9,332 nt of DNA, taken from positions 1 through 9,332 of the forward strand of contig NW_021827971.1 of assembly GCF_006345805.1 (NCBI RefSeq), in the 5' to 3' direction. The translations under genes were made by a program, and so were the position numbers. Below, in pieces: positions 6,700 through 9,332 of the stretch. This DNA comes from Octopus sinensis (Eukaryota). The notes beneath the pieces were generated by a model, which made no database searches, was not told where the DNA came from, and saw only the letters and a program-made list of their open reading frames with translations. Numbering within the stretch: the stretch's first letter is position 1; each line of letters begins with the position of its first letter.

Positions 6700-8830
6700 A
6701 ATCCAATACTTCGTTACAGATTGTGTTGTTCGCGTAACCTCTCCCTCTTCTTTTCCTTTGTTTGTCAGTGTTGATAACTTTAACTTTAATATCAGATAAT
6801 GTTTGTGAGCCCTTGGGAAAGAACATATAGCTGACCATTAATACGCAGGTTCAAGCAAGAATAGCTCCAGTCTATCAAATGCCTGACCATGTGATTTATT
6901 GATAGTCATTGCAAATGTCAAGCGAACGGGATTAGGTGTCTCAGTGCCAGCCTTATTCTGTGAATGAGAATACGTCTCCCGATCAATGTGCCACTTATTA
7001 TTGAGGCTTCAATCGAGTTTTGATGGAGGGCCTCCACTTCCAGTCTTGTTCCTTTATAGAGACCATTTTGAATTGAAATATTCCCCAGGAGCATTATTAT
7101 GGAGTCAGGTTTCAAATGCAATCTAGGAGGTGGCATTCCAGATGGTGTCCATGAATTCAGAAATTCTAGTGGATATCGCTCAGCTTCAGCAGGTCATCTG
7201 TGAAGACCTTATCCATCATGTAATAAAAGCACTGGTAACCTGGGAGTTTATCCATAACCCCTTCGTTTATCTTTAAGCAGTCTGAACGTTTTGGTGAGAG
7301 GATCACTCTACTTGTTATTTGTTCTTGAGGGGCATTGCCAAAAAGCATCATTTATCAGCGACCCATTAAAGCATGAATCATGTAGCACTTCTACATAATC
7401 ACTGACTCACTTGGATCTTGCATAAGAGCTGCGGAACCATTATCAAGGTGTTGTGGCCATGTTGCGAATTGTCTTCGATCTGTTACTGCTCTATTTTGGC
7501 TCAACATATAATTGTCTGAAGTGTAACCAGAGAGGAGAGTTCTTAATGGAGATCTGAATTACTGCCTCACGAGTTCCTCTTGGCAATATTGGCAGAACTT
7601 GCCTGAAGTCTCTACCAATGAGCACAACTTTTCAACCGAAACCTTCATTGTTGCCAGTGATTTCTTTCAGAGCTTTGTCATTAGCATGAAAAGCATACAG
7701 AGGGATCAAGGAAGCCTCATCTATAATGATCAAATACAAATTTCTCAAATAATTTCTGGTCAGAGCTGGGTGGTACACTGCAAAAGCTAGTTTCCAACAG
7801 AGGAACGGGCAATTTGAGCAAACTGTGCACAGTCCTTCCACCAGACATCAATGTTGAAGCTATGCCTCTGCACGCACCACTTGATAGTTTCTCCTTCGTA
7901 GATGTGAGATCAGTGTATTAAATATATAAGCCTTGTCCCAACCTCCAGGAACATCTGCATTGAAGCGGGAACATTCCAGCACCTCACCTCACCTTTTCTT
8001 ATCAACTGTCTTTAATAAATGCATCAGCGATCACTCTCTGCTCATCGGTAACGGTTGCAAAGCCGGGGTGGTTCATGTCATGTTTTTGCCATACCCGTTA
8101 CACTCGAACTGGTTCAGACAAGCCAATATTAAGGCAGCTAATTCAATTTTCAATATGCATAGAATTTATAGAGTGTAGAGTATGCATTCAAACCTCGCTG
8201 AGCATAATCTACCATCATGGTATTCTTGTGAGTGTTCCTCAGGCGAAGGACATTTGAATGATTTGAATAGGTGCAAAGGACAACAAACGTGATACGCGGC
8301 TGAAATGCCATCCGATATGCAGCACCTTTAGTATGGCATGTTCCAACATCACATAATTTTGGAGAAGACCAAGTCATATGTACGCATCTTTAAATCTTGC
8401 ATAGATTTCACCTCCTACAGTGTTCACTTTTTCAAAGCTCCTCTCTGCAGGTAGTCCATAAGTCCACTGTACTGCTCTACGAGCAACTGGGCCTGATGGT
8501 CCCCTAGGTACTGCAATCAGCAACCCTAAATTACATCGTGAGTCGTCTGCGAGCGGATGTTCTGCGTTTCGCCACATATAGAATCCCACAGTGCCATCCG
8601 GACTTTCCATGAGGGAATAGAAGTGGATAACTCATTGAGACTAGATGGCACTATGTCTACGCGATTCGCTCTGCAGGTGTATTCCATGGATAGACAAGAA
8701 TGTCTCTGTTTTCACGGTGCAGCTATTTCATTGCTTGTGGAAAAAGTGTAACCCCTTATATAATCCCTTCTTCTGAAGTGTAGTTCACACTTTTGCAATT
8801 GTACATTTACACTCCTGGTACTTTCATTAT
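6700..8830 (-). mobile_element. Helitron (rolling-circle transposon) RepHel remnant; internally deleted, many stops and frameshifts; termini not seen
   Basis: Minus-strand pieces in canonical order: LHFRR..TSNEIAA; ENRDILVYP; MSYPLLFPHGKSGWHCGI (YPLLFPHGKSGW at 8594-8629); GC*LQYLGDHQAQLLVEQYSGLMDYL (8448-8525); SFEKVNTVGGEIYARFKDA..LGLL; DEQRVIADA; degenerate Walker A DVPGGWDKA (7929-7955); GIASTLMSGGRTVHSLLKLPVP; Walker B IIIDEAS (7710-7730); FG*KVVLIGRDFRQVLP (DFRQVLP at 7590-7610); SPLW; VILSPK; YPLEFLNSWTPSGMPPPRLHLK; GLYKGTRL; PVRLTFAMTINKSHGQ (6883-6930); GQLYV (6822-6836); C-terminal NEVLD near 6700. This is the PIF1-family helicase signature of Helitrons. Confidence 0.95.
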
Positions 8831-8831
8831 A

Positions 8832-8845
8832 ATATATATATATAT
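8832..8845. repeat. (AT)7 microsatellite, left flank of SINE
   Basis: ATATATATATATAT directly adjoining the SINE tail. Confidence 0.9.
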
Positions 8846-9085
8846 CATCATCACCATCATCATTATCATGTGACCGACCAGACCATCAGATGTTGCTACA
8901 CATCGCTGGTCACAATGTGTTCGCATTGTTTTAGCCTTCAAATGACGCCACCCCGCTGGCTAAGCGAGCAGGTCAACAGAAGAAAGAGTGGGAGAAAGAG
9001 TGGTGAAAGAGTACAGCAGGGATCACCACCCCCTGCCGGAGCCTCGTGGTGCTTTTAGGTGTTTTCGCTCAATATACACTCACAA

Positions 9086-9097
9086 GGAATCGAAACC
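9086..9097 (-). promoter_or_regulatory. RNA polymerase III internal promoter, B box (SINE head)
   Basis: GGTTTCGATTCC is close to the consensus GGTTCGANNCC and lies 32 nt downstream of the A box. Confidence 0.75.
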
Positions 9098-9129
9098 GCG
9101 ACCCTACGACCGCAAGTCCGCTGCCCTAA

Positions 9130-9140
9130 CCACTAGGCCA
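9130..9140 (-). promoter_or_regulatory. RNA polymerase III internal promoter, A box (SINE head)
   Basis: TGGCCTAGTGG matches the consensus TRGCNNARYGG exactly. Confidence 0.85.
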
Positions 9141-9149
9141 TTGCACCTC

Positions 9150-9152
<3 letters not shown>

Positions 9153-9178
<26 letters not shown>
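9153..9178. repeat. (AT)13 microsatellite, right flank of SINE
   Basis: Pure AT alternation starting immediately after the SINE 5' end (...CCTCCAC on the plus strand). Confidence 0.95.
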
Positions 9179-9181
<3 letters not shown>

Positions 9182-9332
9182 TGTAAAATATATATACGCC
9201 GTACATATGACACTGTATATAAGTGTGAATATTTCATGGAATTGCATTTCTGATCATGCGTTAAGTGATAGGGGATTTAAAATACTTACTATCACCACAC
9301 TCACAACCACTACCACCATTTCTCTTAGCTTC

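Larger units (their letters stand above)
8846..9152 (-). mobile_element. tRNA-derived SINE (octopod type), near full length, with a degenerate (ATG)n tail
   Basis: Minus strand begins GTGGAGGTGCAA-TGGCCTAGTGG-TTAGGGCAGCGGACTTGCGGTCGTAGGGTCGC-GGTTTCGATTCC, giving Pol III A and B boxes at tRNA-like spacing. About 210 nt of non-tRNA body follows, ending ...GGTCGGTCAC, then the tail ATGATAATGATGATGGTGATGATG (8846-8869). Matches from memory an abundant Octopus SINE. Confidence 0.9.

Noticed and set aside
6918-8610. Treating ORFs 6918..7136, 7166..7351, 7632..7841, 8150..8377 and 8374..8610 as separate genes or a host PIF1 gene
   Set aside because: They are frameshifted pieces of one Helitron RepHel gene; the upstream YPLLFPHG and QLxVEQY blocks are Helitron-type and the catalytic motifs are degraded.
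8870-9058. 62-aa plus-strand ORF
   Set aside because: Antisense reading of the SINE body.
9080-9152. A genuine tRNA gene
   Set aside because: A and B boxes are present but acceptor and T stems do not close, and a SINE body and tail follow.
1-9332. CRISPR array, operon or prokaryotic defence system
   Set aside because: No repeat-spacer array or gene-dense organisation; all repeats are microsatellites or eukaryotic transposons.

Overview
Eukaryotic, AT-rich, microsatellite-laden non-genic DNA (intronic or intergenic), most likely from an octopus: two SINE segments match abundant octopod repeats as I remember them, not confirmed by a search. No intact protein-coding gene, RNA gene or CRISPR array is supported. 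From left to right: (1) a well-preserved, 5'-truncated RTE-clade LINE reverse-transcriptase remnant on the minus strand (1-1169, running off the left edge), with one stop codon and a small deletion that removes RT motif A; (2) the 3' part of a SINE fused head-to-head to it (1170-1296); (3) about 2.8 kb of complex sequence I cannot assign (about 1900-4750), containing a short TTAGGG tract; (4) microsatellites; (5) a roughly 290-bp plus-strand fragment of an R4/Dong-like RLE non-LTR retrotransposon covering the CCHC knuckle region (6097-6384), missed by the ORF track; (6) a decayed Helitron RepHel gene on the minus strand (about 6700-8830) whose PIF1 helicase motifs are all traceable but whose HUH Rep core is deleted; (7) a near full-length tRNA-derived SINE (8846-9152, minus) with (AT)n on both flanks. 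Most listed ORFs are antisense shadows or frameshifted pieces of these elements. I find no evidence for a new biological system; the findings concern element structure and decay.
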